Translations under genes and position numbers: made by a program | Assembly (NCBI GenBank): GCA_022843925.1 | Contig: JALHMS010000010.1 | Location: 70,257-134,256 of the forward strand | DNA length: 64,000 nucleotides | Direction of reading: 5' to 3' | Source: Burkholderiales bacterium | GTDB taxonomy: Bacteria > Pseudomonadota > Gammaproteobacteria > Burkholderiales > Ga0077523 | Shown here: positions 28,348 to 37,345 of the stretch, in pieces | Numbering within the stretch: position 1 is the stretch's first letter | Layout of the letters: every line of letters begins with the position of its first letter | The notes under the pieces: model-generated | What the model was told of the DNA's origin: nothing | Database searches by the model: none | What the model saw: only the letters and a program-made list of their open reading frames with translations

Positions 28348-29472
28348 ATGAAGATCCGTGCCGCCATCCTCGACCGCCTCGGCGCCGACCGCCCCTATGC
28401 GACCAGCCGTCCGCTCTCCGTGGAGGAGATCACGCTCGATCCGCCGGGCGACGGCGAAGTGCTGGTACGCATCGGCGCGGCGGGCCTCTGCCATTCGGAC
28501 CTCTCGGTCATCAACGGCTCGCGGCCGCGCCCCGTGCCGATCGCGCTCGGCCACGAAGCCGCGGGCATCGTCGAGCACGTGGGTCCTGGCGTCACGGACC
28601 TGCGCGCCGGCGATCATGTCGTCATCGTCTTCGTACCGAGCTGCGGCCACTGCCTGCCGTGTGCGGAGGGGCGCCCCGCGCTGTGCGAGCCGGGCGGCGC
28701 GGCGAATGCGGCGGGCACGCTGCTCTCGGGCGCGCGCCGCCTGCACCGCGGCGACCAGTACGTGAGCCATCACACGGGCGGCTCCGTCTTTGCGGAGTAC
28801 GCCGTGGTGTCGCGCCGGTCGCTCGTGAAGATCGATCCGGAGGTCGCGATGGAAGACGCCGCCCTCTTCGGCTGCGCGGTCCTCACCGGGGTCGGCGCAG
28901 TGGTGAACACGGCCCGGGTCCGCCTGGGCGACACGGTCGCCATCATCGGGTTGGGTGGCGTGGGGCTCGCGGCACTGCTGGGCGCGGTGGCGGCCGGCGC
29001 GCGCCGCGTGGTCGCGGTCGACCTCGCGCGGAGCAAGCTCGATGTGGCACTGACGCTCGGCGCTACCGATGTGTTCGAGGCCGGTGCGGAAGGCGTCGTG
29101 GAAGCCGTCCGCGCAGCCACCGGCGGAGGCGTCGACTACGCGCTGGAGTTCGCCGGGTCCGCCCGCGCGCTGGAGTTCGCGTACCGCATCACGAAGCGCG
29201 GCGGCACCACCGTGACGGCGGGGCTCCCGCCGCCCGACGCCACGATGGCGCTGCCGATCGTCAATCTCGTGGCCGAGGAACGCTGCGTGCGCGGCAGCTA
29301 CATCGGCACGTGCATCCCGTCGCGCGATGTGCCGAACTACGTGTCGCTGTTCCGGCAGGGTCGGTTGCCCGTGGACCGCCTGCGCACGGGAGTCCTCACG
29401 CTCGACGAGATCAACACGGGCTTCGACCGCCTCGAAAGCGGCGAGGCGATCCGGCAGGTCGTCGTTCCGTAA
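28348..29472 (+). CDS. Zinc-dependent alcohol dehydrogenase family protein
   Basis: Start at ATG 28348. GLCHSD, GHEAAGIVEHVG, the structural-zinc Cys cluster (CGHCLPCAEGRPALC) and the Rossmann motif GLGGVGLA. Confidence 0.85.
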   Translation: MKIRAAILDRLGADRPYATSRPLSVEEITLDPPGDGEVLVRIGAAGLCHSDLSVINGSRPRPVPIALGHEAAGIVEHVGPGVTDLRAGDHVVIVFVPSCGHCLPCAEGRPALCEPGGAANAAGTLLSGARRLHRGDQYVSHHTGGSVFAEYAVVSRRSLVKIDPEVAMEDAALFGCAVLTGVGAVVNTARVRLGDTVAIIGLGGVGLAALLGAVAAGARRVVAVDLARSKLDVALTLGATDVFEAGAEGVVEAVRAATGGGVDYALEFAGSARALEFAYRITKRGGTTVTAGLPPPDATMALPIVNLVAEERCVRGSYIGTCIPSRDVPNYVSLFRQGRLPVDRLRTGVLTLDEINTGFDRLESGEAIRQVVVP

Positions 29473-29499
29473 CGCGTATCGAGGACCCGCCCAGGATCG

Positions 29500-30519
29500 T
29501 CAGATGTCGATGACGATCTTGCCGAAGTGCGCGCCCTTCTCCAGACGACGGAATGCGTCGGCAGCATCCGCCAGAGCGAACGTGCTGTCGATCACCGGCT
29601 TCAGGCCATGCAGCGTGATCGCCCGGTTCATCGCCTCGAAGCGCGTGCGTGAGCCGGTCGCGATCCCCTGCACGCGGATCATGGGGCCGATCACGGCGCG
29701 CAACGGGATCTTCGCCTCGTAGCCCGCCACGAACCCGATCACGCCGATGAAACCGCCGAAGGCGACGGCGGCGAGCGACTTGTCGAGGGTCGACCCGACC
29801 GTCTCGACGATGATGTCCACGCCGCGTCCGCCCGTGGCCTCCTTCACCGCGACGTGCCAGTCGGGCGTCGCGCGGTAGTTGATGCCGACGTCGGCGCCGA
29901 GCGCCTTCGCGCGCGCCAGCTTCTCGTCGCTCGACGAGATCACGATCACCTGCGCGCCGGCCAGCTTGGCGAACTGCAGCGCGAAGAGCGCGACGCCCCC
30001 GGTACCTTGCACGAGCACGGTGTCGCCGGTTTTCACGTCCCCCTCCTGAAGCGTCGACCAGGCCGTCAGCGCCGCGATCGGCAGCGTTGCGGCCTCGGCG
30101 TCGGACAGATGGGGAGGAACCGTGACTGCGTCCTCGGCGGGCACCGCGACGTACTCCTGCAGCACACCGGACAGCGGTGCCCCGAGCGTGCGGCGCGTAC
30201 GCTGCTCGGGCGTTGGCTTGCCGTCGTGCCAGCCCTGCGTGTAGAGAGGAATGGCGCGATCGCCCACGGCGAAACGCGTGACGTCCTCGCCGACCGCCAC
30301 GACCTGACCGCACGCATCGGATGCCGGGACGTACGGCAACGGCAGCGTCGGAATGTAGGCCTGCGCGAGGATGGCGAGATCGCGGTAGTTGAGGCTCGCC
30401 GCGCGGATGCGCACGAGGATCTCGCCGCGGCGGGGTACGGGCACCGGATGCTCGGCGAGGGCAAGGCTGTCGATGGAGAACGCGGTGGCCTGGAGGGCGC
30501 GCATGGTGGCGGCGGTCAT
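29500..30519 (-). CDS. NAD(P)H:quinone oxidoreductase-like medium-chain dehydrogenase/reductase
   Basis: Start at ATG 30519 (MTAATMRALQA). It has MDR-family features (GDTVLVQGTGGVALFALQFAKLAGA) and no catalytic zinc motif. Confidence 0.8.
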   Translation of the reverse strand: MTAATMRALQATAFSIDSLALAEHPVPVPRRGEILVRIRAASLNYRDLAILAQAYIPTLPLPYVPASDACGQVVAVGEDVTRFAVGDRAIPLYTQGWHDGKPTPEQRTRRTLGAPLSGVLQEYVAVPAEDAVTVPPHLSDAEAATLPIAALTAWSTLQEGDVKTGDTVLVQGTGGVALFALQFAKLAGAQVIVISSSDEKLARAKALGADVGINYRATPDWHVAVKEATGGRGVDIIVETVGSTLDKSLAAVAFGGFIGVIGFVAGYEAKIPLRAVIGPMIRVQGIATGSRTRFEAMNRAITLHGLKPVIDSTFALADAADAFRRLEKGAHFGKIVIDI

Positions 30520-30735
30520 CGGGGCTGTCCTGTCGTGGAACGGGAAAGGGCGCGAGCATCGCACAGTCGGCGAGCGCGGGATCGGTCACGCGCGCGCTAT
30601 TCGGGTAAGGGGGCTTCACCGATCGCGAAGGCGGCCCGCACGCGGATGCGTTGACACCGGCAAAAGCCGCGGCCGACACTCCGGTGCTTCGCGCTGCCGC
30701 CCCGGCACGCGGCCACTCACACCGGAGGTGATGCG

Positions 30736-31113
30736 ATGAGCAACGAGATGTTCGAGAAGGGCCTGAAGGTCCGCCGCGAAGTGCTGGGCGCCGAGTACGT
30801 CGACAAGGCCATCGCCGGCGCCGACGACTTCAACCGTCCGCTGCAGGAACTCGTCACCAGCTACTGCTGGGGCGAGATCTGGAACCGTCCGGGCCTCGAC
30901 CGCCGCACGCGCAGCATGCTGAACCTCGCGATGCTCACCGCGCTGAACCGTCCGCACGAAGTGAAGCTGCACGTCCGCGGCGCCATCAACAACGGCCTGA
31001 CCAAGGACGAGATCCGCGAGGTGCTGCTGCAGGCGGGCATCTACTGTGGCGTGCCGGCCGCGATCGACAGCTTCCGCATCGCGCGCGAAGTGTTCGCCGA
31101 GATGGGCATCTGA
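30736..31113 (+). CDS. Carboxymuconolactone decarboxylase-family protein (PcaC-like)
   Basis: 125 aa. WGEIWNRPGLDRRTRSMLNLAMLTALNRPHE...GLTKDEIREVLLQAGIYCGVPAA is a typical CMD domain. Confidence 0.85.
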   Translation: MSNEMFEKGLKVRREVLGAEYVDKAIAGADDFNRPLQELVTSYCWGEIWNRPGLDRRTRSMLNLAMLTALNRPHEVKLHVRGAINNGLTKDEIREVLLQAGIYCGVPAAIDSFRIAREVFAEMGI

Positions 31114-31115
31114 CC

Positions 31116-32009
31116 ATGACCGATGCTCCGAAGGACCGCATCGCGTTCATCGGCCTGGGCACCATGGGCGAGCCGATGGTCCGGCAACTCGCGCTCGCAG
31201 GCTTCACGCCCGCCCTGTTCGACCTGAACAGTGAGGCGGCCGCGCGCATCGCGACGGACATCGGGGCCACGGCGGGAATCAGCGCGAACGAAGCCGCGCG
31301 CGGCGCGGATATCGTGATCACGATGCTGCCGAGCTCCAAGGAGGTCGACACCACGGTGCTCGGCGCCGACGGGAAGTCGGGCGTGTTCTCCGTGCTCGCG
31401 AAGGGCGCCATCGTGATCGACATGAGTTCCAGCGATCCGATGCGCACGCGCGACCTCGCGAACGTGGCCGCCGGGGCCGGCATCACGTTCGTCGACGCGC
31501 CGGTGTCCGGTGCCGTGCGCCGTGCACGCGACGGGACGCTGTCGATCATGTTCGGCGGTGACGCCGCCGTGCTCGAACGCGTGCGGCCGATCCTCGCCGC
31601 CATGGGCAAGCAGATCTTCCATGTGGGGGCGGCCGGCGCCGGCCACGCGATGAAGGCGCTGAACAACTACGTGTCGGCGGCGGGGCTCGTGGCTGCGGTC
31701 GAGGCGCTGCACGTGGGCGAGAAGTTCGGTATCGACCCGCAGGTCATGACACAGGTGCTGAACGCGTCCACCGGCAAGAACAACACGACCGAGCACAAGG
31801 TCGCGCAGTTCATGCTCTCCGGCACCTACGGCTCCGGCTTCTTCCTTGGCCTGATGGCGAAGGACGTGGGGATCGCCATCGGGCTCGCGGACCAGCTCGG
31901 GGTGCGTGCGGAACTCGGTCATGTCTGCGCGAAGCAGTGGAAGGACGCCGCCGCCAAGTCCGAGCGCACCACCGACCATACGGAGATGTACCGCATTCTG
32001 AAGCCTTGA
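31116..32009 (+). CDS. NAD(P)-dependent 3-hydroxyisobutyrate dehydrogenase-family oxidoreductase
   Basis: IAFIGLGTMGEPM Rossmann motif, DAPVSG, and the GAGHAMKALNN-type signature of the HIBADH/6PGDH-NAD family. Confidence 0.85.
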   Translation: MTDAPKDRIAFIGLGTMGEPMVRQLALAGFTPALFDLNSEAAARIATDIGATAGISANEAARGADIVITMLPSSKEVDTTVLGADGKSGVFSVLAKGAIVIDMSSSDPMRTRDLANVAAGAGITFVDAPVSGAVRRARDGTLSIMFGGDAAVLERVRPILAAMGKQIFHVGAAGAGHAMKALNNYVSAAGLVAAVEALHVGEKFGIDPQVMTQVLNASTGKNNTTEHKVAQFMLSGTYGSGFFLGLMAKDVGIAIGLADQLGVRAELGHVCAKQWKDAAAKSERTTDHTEMYRILKP

Positions 32010-32033
32010 CCATGCGGCAATGCGCGGGTGTGG

Positions 32034-32882
32034 TCAGTCGATCCGCGCCTGCGCCTGCATCGCGAGCCAGCCCTCGTGGTCGCGCGCCCAGAGGGCGACC
32101 GTGCCGTCGTCGTTACGCTTGCCGCAGACGGTGAAGCGGTGGGTGTCGAACACGGGCCGCACCGCGCGGAACTCGAAGGTCCGCACGCGCGCGCGTGGCA
32201 TCTCGCGCGCGAGCAGATCGAGCAGCAGCGTGGCGATCAACGGGCCGTGCACGACGAGGCCCGGATAGCCTTCCACCTCGGTCACGTACGAACGGTCGTA
32301 GTGGATGCGATGACCGTTGAACGTGAGTGCGGAGTAACGGAACAGGAGGACGGGGTCGGGGACGATCTCGCGCGAGAACGCGGCGTCGGTAGGCGCAGGC
32401 TGAGGCGGTGGGGACTTCGCGCCCGGCTGCGGATTGTCTCGATAGACGATGTCGTGCTCCTCGGTGAGCACCACGTCCGCCGCATCGCTGTACTCATGCC
32501 GCACGGTGACGAACACCAAGGTGCCGCTGCGACCCTCCTTCACTTCGACGCCGGCGATCCGCGACAGCCGCGTGAGCACGTCGCCCACTCGGAGCGGACG
32601 CAGGAACTCCAACCGCCCGCCGGCCCACATGCGCCGGGGCAGCGGCACCGGCGGCAGGAAACCGCCGCGCTTCGCGTGCCCATCGGGGCCGATCTCGCGC
32701 TGCGGCGCCAGCGACGTGAAGTAGAGCCAGTGCCACAGCAGCGGCAACGGCGCGCCGGGATCGGCGGAGACATTGGCATCGCGATCTAGCGTGGCGGCCA
32801 TGGCAGCGACGGGCGTGGGCGTGACGCGGTCGGAGCGGGTCTCGGTGCGGCCGACCCAGTCGGTGAGGTGCTGCGGATCCAT
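32034..32882 (-). CDS. Double hot-dog (MaoC-like) acyl-CoA hydratase/dehydratase
   Basis: Start at ATG 32882 (MDPQHLTDWVG). LWHWLYF...RRMWAGGRLEF and LTFNGHRIHYDRSY..GYPGLVVHGPL are typical of HTD2/mesaconyl-C4- or itaconyl-CoA hydratase-like proteins. The substrate is not determinable. Confidence 0.7.
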   Translation of the reverse strand: MDPQHLTDWVGRTETRSDRVTPTPVAAMAATLDRDANVSADPGAPLPLLWHWLYFTSLAPQREIGPDGHAKRGGFLPPVPLPRRMWAGGRLEFLRPLRVGDVLTRLSRIAGVEVKEGRSGTLVFVTVRHEYSDAADVVLTEEHDIVYRDNPQPGAKSPPPQPAPTDAAFSREIVPDPVLLFRYSALTFNGHRIHYDRSYVTEVEGYPGLVVHGPLIATLLLDLLAREMPRARVRTFEFRAVRPVFDTHRFTVCGKRNDDGTVALWARDHEGWLAMQAQARID

Positions 32883-33080
32883 GGTGCGGCGGGGGAGCGA
32901 AACGCGAAGGCCGCGAGCTTGCGTCGAAGCGCCGCCGCTGGCAATTCCATTCTCGCGAAGCACCGTGCCACGCGGACGATGGCGCAGCACTGGCGCCGGC
33001 GGCCGTCCGCCGCGAGAATGCACCGCTCCACATCGCCGGCACCGACCGGCGGCACATCACGACACGACGGGAGGTTCCAG

Positions 33081-34139
33081 GTGGCCAAGTACAGGATCGC
33101 AGTGATCGCCGGCGACGGCATCGGCAAGGAGGTCATGCCCGAGGGCGTGCGCGTGCTCGACGCGGTCGGGCGGAAGTTCGGCATCGATCTCGCGTTCGAT
33201 CACTTCGACTGGAGCTGCGACAACTACGACACGCACGGCTGGTGGATGCCGCCCGACTGGCGCGATCACATCGGCGGCCACGATTGCATCTTCTTCGGCG
33301 CCACCGGCTGGCCCGCGAAGGTGGCCGACCACGTGTCACTCTGGGATTCTCTGATCCTCTTCCGCCGCGGCTTCGATCAGTACGTGAACCTCCGGCCCGT
33401 GCGCCTGATGCCCGGCATCCCGTGTCCGCTCGCCGGTCGGAAGGTGGGCGACATCGACTACTTCGTCGTGCGCGAGAACACCGAAGGCGAGTACTCGTCG
33501 GTGGGGGGCCGGATGTTTCCGGGGACGGATCGCGAATTCGTCACGCAGCAGTCCGTCTTCACGCGGCACGGCACCGACCGGATCATGAAGTACGCGTTCG
33601 AACTCGCGATGAAGCGGCCGCGCAAGCTGGTGACGTCGGCGACGAAGTCGAACGGGATCTCGATCACGATGCCGTACTGGGACGAACGCTTCGCCGAGAT
33701 GGCGAAGCGCTACCCCGACATCACGACGAACCAGTACCACATCGACGGCCTCACCATCCAGATGGTGCTGAACCCGCAGCGCTTCGACGTGATCGTGGGG
33801 TCGAACCTCTTCGGCGACATCCTCTCGGACCTCGGCCCCGCGACCGCCGGCACCATCGGCGTAGCGCCGTCGGCGAACATCAACCCGGAGCGGAAGTTTC
33901 CGTCGCTGTTCGAGCCGGTGCACGGCTCGGCACCGGACATCTACGGCAAGAAGATCGCGAACCCCATCGCGCAGATCTGGTCGGGCGCGATGATGCTGGA
34001 GCACCTCGGCCACACGGATGCCGCGGCGGCGATCGTGAAAGCCATCGAGGGCGCATTGATCGACGGCCCGCGCACACCGGACGCGGGCGGGAAGGCATCG
34101 ACCGAAGACGTCGGGCGGGCGATCGCGTCGGCGTTCTAG
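33081..34139 (+). CDS. Tartrate dehydrogenase/decarboxylase-type isocitrate/isopropylmalate dehydrogenase family enzyme
   Basis: GTG 33081 follows GGGAGG. YRIAVIAGDGIGKEV, NLRPVR, VRENTEGEYS and NLFGDILSDLG are family motifs. Confidence 0.8.
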   Translation: MAKYRIAVIAGDGIGKEVMPEGVRVLDAVGRKFGIDLAFDHFDWSCDNYDTHGWWMPPDWRDHIGGHDCIFFGATGWPAKVADHVSLWDSLILFRRGFDQYVNLRPVRLMPGIPCPLAGRKVGDIDYFVVRENTEGEYSSVGGRMFPGTDREFVTQQSVFTRHGTDRIMKYAFELAMKRPRKLVTSATKSNGISITMPYWDERFAEMAKRYPDITTNQYHIDGLTIQMVLNPQRFDVIVGSNLFGDILSDLGPATAGTIGVAPSANINPERKFPSLFEPVHGSAPDIYGKKIANPIAQIWSGAMMLEHLGHTDAAAAIVKAIEGALIDGPRTPDAGGKASTEDVGRAIASAF

Positions 34140-34143
34140 ACGG

Positions 34144-34396
34144 TCTTGTAGGAGCGGGCCACGCCCGCGAAAGCGGTCGATGCAAGTTGATGCACCAACC
34201 GGAACCATCGCTTTCGCGGCCGTGGGCCGCTCCTACAAAAAAGCGTGGCCCATGCCGACAGCTGGTGGCGTATCCACCACCCTTGTAGGAGGGGCCCATG
34301 GCCCCTGTAGGAGCGGGCCATGCCCGCGAAAGCGGCAGATGCAAGGAAACGCTTCAACCGAAACCGACGCTTTCGCGGCCATGGGCCGCTCCTACG
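34144..34396. repeat. REP/REPIN cluster (5 REP copies)
   Basis: Forward REPs at about 34146, 34281 (truncated) and 34305. Inverted REPs at about 34209 and 34368. They share the GTAGGAG..hairpin..GAAAGCG core with array 25195..26374. Confidence 0.9.
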
Positions 34397-34425
34397 AGAA
34401 AACATGGCCCGCTCCTCCCGCCCCC

Positions 34426-35157
34426 CTACAGCCGCCCCCGCACCCCCGCCGCCTCCAACATCTCGTGTACCTCCCCCGTCATCACGGCGAGGTACGCCGC
34501 GAGCGCGAGGTAGGCGATGCCGTAGTTCAATCGGGTCTGCGCCGGTACGTCGTAGTACACGATGTTCTCCGGCGCGTTGCGATCGAACTTGATCGCTTTC
34601 CACACGTTCGGCGCTGCGAGCAGGGCGACCAGGATCAACATCGGGCTGGGGCGCCAGAAGAACAGGCCGACGAGCACCGGCACGCCCAGCAGCCAGATCC
34701 GCGGTGACACGATCGCGGTGATGCGGCCACCGTCGAAGGGGGCGAGCGGGATGAGGTTGAAGAGGTTGATGAAGAACCCCGTGTAGGACAGCGCGAGCAG
34801 CAGGTCGCTGTCGTAGCTCCGCGCGAGGAAATAGCACACGAGGGCGCCCACGGTGCCGACCAGCGGGCCGCCCATGCCCACATAGGCCTCGGTCTCGACG
34901 CTGTGGGGCAGTTCCTTCAGCTGGATCCACGCGCCGACGAACGGGATGAAGGTGGGCGCACCGACGTCGAGGCCCTTCTGCTTCGCCGCGATGTAGTGAC
35001 CCATCTCGTGCACGAGGATGAGCAGCACGAAGCCCACCGCGAACCAGAGGCCGAACACGAGCGCGTACACGCCGATGCTGAGGATCATGGTGAGCCCGGT
35101 GGTGGCCACCTTGCCCAGCTTGCCGGCGGCGAAAAGGAGCGAGAGGAGTTTCAGCAT
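34426..35157 (-). CDS. M50 (site-2 protease) family membrane metalloprotease
   Basis: HEMGHY zinc motif in a TM helix, and NLFNLIPLAPFDGGR (the second S2P motif). Polytopic, 243 aa. Confidence 0.85.
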   Translation of the reverse strand: MLKLLSLLFAAGKLGKVATTGLTMILSIGVYALVFGLWFAVGFVLLILVHEMGHYIAAKQKGLDVGAPTFIPFVGAWIQLKELPHSVETEAYVGMGGPLVGTVGALVCYFLARSYDSDLLLALSYTGFFINLFNLIPLAPFDGGRITAIVSPRIWLLGVPVLVGLFFWRPSPMLILVALLAAPNVWKAIKFDRNAPENIVYYDVPAQTRLNYGIAYLALAAYLAVMTGEVHEMLEAAGVRGRL

Positions 35158-35169
35158 CGTGATGTCGCG

Positions 35170-36120
35170 TCAGCTCGTGCCGTCGTCCTTCTTCTTGCGG
35201 CCGAGGAATTTCGCGCCGATGCCGAGCGCTGCGACGGCACCGACGCCGATGACCTTCGCGAACTTCAGGGCGAAGGCGGCGATGACCGCGAGCAGGCCCA
35301 GCTTCTTCGCGGCGATACCGCCGACGAGGGCGGCGAGACCGTACTCGGCGATGCGGTCGGTCGATTCGGTGAAGTCGGTGTAGCGTCGACCGTCCTTGAA
35401 CTGGAGCGCGGCAAGCAGCTGACGGGCGACCGCCTTGTCCTTCTCGATGCTTTCGTAGCCGGTCACGAGGTTCAGGCTCACGTAGCCCTCCCGGCCCAGC
35501 GCGTAGGTGTTGTAGTTCACGCCGCGCGGCGCATCGCCGGGTTCGCTCTTGTCCTTCGTCGCGGCAGACCACACGAGGCGATGCGTGTCGGCGGCGTACG
35601 TGGGCGGCTCGATCCAGCGCAGCACCTGCAACTCGCCCAATCCGAGCTTGCGCCGCTCCTCGTTGCCCTGCTCCGTTCCTTCGCGCAGGCTCTTCAGGAG
35701 GTCTTCGGCGTTCCACTCCTTCGCGTCGTCCTCCTTGATATGGCCGGAATCGATGTACTCCATCACGACGATCCAGCTCGCCTCGTCGTCCTCCGCGATC
35801 TCCTCCCCGCCCGAGTCGGGGACGATCATTCCCAGCAGGTTGTCACCGGGCTGGTTGCCCATGGCCTTCAACAGGCGCCGGCTTTCCGCGGCGGGGATGT
35901 AGGCGAACTTCGCGGGCATCTGGAGCACGGCCTGGTCGCGCAATGAGATCTCGTGCGGACCCGGGATGGCGGCCCTCTGGGCATCCATCACGGCCGCTTC
36001 GGCCTCCGTGCGCGGATCGGACGCGGCGGCGGGTTCGTCGGCGGACAACCCAGGCTCGGCAAGCAGGAAGAGCCCCAGGAGGCCGGCAACGAAGGGGGCA
36101 AGGACGCGAGCGGCGGACAT
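35170..36120 (-). CDS. Membrane-anchored exported protein, DUF2167-like
   Basis: Start at ATG 36120 (MSAARVLAPFVAGLLGLFLL, a signal peptide). C-terminal TM segments plus a basic tail (GRKKKDDGTS). The family name is from memory only. Confidence 0.6.
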   Translation of the reverse strand: MSAARVLAPFVAGLLGLFLLAEPGLSADEPAAASDPRTEAEAAVMDAQRAAIPGPHEISLRDQAVLQMPAKFAYIPAAESRRLLKAMGNQPGDNLLGMIVPDSGGEEIAEDDEASWIVVMEYIDSGHIKEDDAKEWNAEDLLKSLREGTEQGNEERRKLGLGELQVLRWIEPPTYAADTHRLVWSAATKDKSEPGDAPRGVNYNTYALGREGYVSLNLVTGYESIEKDKAVARQLLAALQFKDGRRYTDFTESTDRIAEYGLAALVGGIAAKKLGLLAVIAAFALKFAKVIGVGAVAALGIGAKFLGRKKKDDGTS

Positions 36121-36337
36121 GGCAGTCTCCTCGGGAGCTTGGGTCGCGTGAACGGAGGGCGGCGTTCCCGGGCAGGGTGCGCGGGATACGACGGCAGCCC
36201 GGGATTGAAGCACAGGATCGACTGCCGGGACCGACCTCCATGCGGATGCGGGTGGACGAAGGATCTGGTGGCCGGCGCCCCGCGGGACCGCGCCGTCACC
36301 GGTCATAATCCCCACTTCCCTTCCACAGACCCACGCC

Positions 36338-36967
36338 ATGGCTCACATCTTCCAGGTCGGCATCGGTGCCTCGCAGGACCGCCTCGAGAAGCTGATCGAG
36401 GCCCGCCTCGCCCCCGGCGCCGACAAGGCGGAGATCGACCAGCGCATCTGGGATCTTTTCGGCGAGACCTGGGCCGTCATGTTCACGGACCTCGCCGGTT
36501 TCTCGCGCAACGTGACGGACTTCGGAATCATCCACTTCCTGCAGACCATCCACGAGTCGCATCGGCTGCTGGTGCCGTGCATCGACCGCTTCGACGGCAT
36601 CCTGCTCAAGACGGCGGGGGACAGCATGCTGGTCATCTTTCGGAGCGTGTCGAAGGCGCTCGAATGCGCCATCGCGATGCAGACGACGCTGACGGACTAC
36701 AACCGCGACCGCATCGAGTCGGAGCAGGTGCTGCTCTGCGTGGGCCTCGGCCACGGTCCGATGCTGCGGATCGGGGATCAGGACGTCTTCGGTCCCGAGG
36801 TGAATGCGGCAGCGAAGCTGGGTGAGGATCGCGCGAAGGCGCACGAGATCCTCGTCACGGGCGCCGTGGCCGAGCAGGTGCGCGAGGCCTTCCCGTACCC
36901 GCTCGAAGAGATCGCGGGGGAACCGCCTGGCGCCGCACAGGCGTTCCGCGTGCACTACCGCGACTGA
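36338..36967 (+). CDS. Minimal class III adenylate/guanylate cyclase domain protein
   Basis: 209 aa. AVMFTDLAGFS (metal Asp), KTAGDSMLVIF and GPEVNAAAKL are typical class III cyclase catalytic motifs. There is no sensor or TM domain. Confidence 0.8.
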   Translation: MAHIFQVGIGASQDRLEKLIEARLAPGADKAEIDQRIWDLFGETWAVMFTDLAGFSRNVTDFGIIHFLQTIHESHRLLVPCIDRFDGILLKTAGDSMLVIFRSVSKALECAIAMQTTLTDYNRDRIESEQVLLCVGLGHGPMLRIGDQDVFGPEVNAAAKLGEDRAKAHEILVTGAVAEQVREAFPYPLEEIAGEPPGAAQAFRVHYRD

Positions 36968-37120
36968 CGCGGTCGACGCGATCGACGGGCCCGAATCATC
37001 CACGGCGTCACCGACAGTACATCGGCGCCGGCGCGACATCGCGCCCTCTGCATGGTGTCGAACGCGCATACTCACGCCGTGGTCCGGCGGGTGTCCGGGC
37101 CAACCCACCGGAGATGCACC

Positions 37121-37261
37121 ATGGCCAAGGAACGTCACTCGACGAAGGAAACGAAGAAGCAGCCCGCCCTCAGCCAGAAGGAGAAGCGCGCCGCGAAGAA
37201 GACCAGGGACGCCGTCGGCAAGAGTGGCTCCACGCCGTTCACGACGCCCCGCCCGATCTGA
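37121..37261 (+). CDS. Small lysine-rich hypothetical protein (46 aa)
   Basis: MAKERHSTKETKKQPALSQKEKRAAKKTRDAVGKSGSTPFTTPRPI, followed by a hairpin terminator. The track ORF starts earlier, at 37052. Confidence 0.45.
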   Translation: MAKERHSTKETKKQPALSQKEKRAAKKTRDAVGKSGSTPFTTPRPI

Positions 37262-37286
37262 CGACCGCGCCCGTCGGAGTTCGGGC

Positions 37287-37326
37287 AAAAAGAAAGCCCC
37301 GCCGCGTTGCCGCGACGGGGCTTTTC
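37287..37326. terminator. Bidirectional hairpin terminator between convergent genes
   Basis: aaaaagaaa-GCCCCGCCGCG-ttgc-CGCGACGGGGC-tttt: an 11-bp stem with one mismatch, flanked by an A-run and a T-run. Confidence 0.7.
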
Positions 37327-37345
37327 CACTTCGGATCAGGGCAGG

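Noticed and set aside
36338-36967. Stand-alone class III cyclase as the sensor/synthase of a Pycsar- or CBASS-like anti-phage system.
   Set aside because: No adjacent effector with a cNMP-binding, TIR, or TM effector domain is present. The downstream gene is a 46-aa basic peptide, and the divergent neighbours are a protease and a membrane protein. The only cNMP-binding domain in the window (the kinase at 15217) is 20 kb away.
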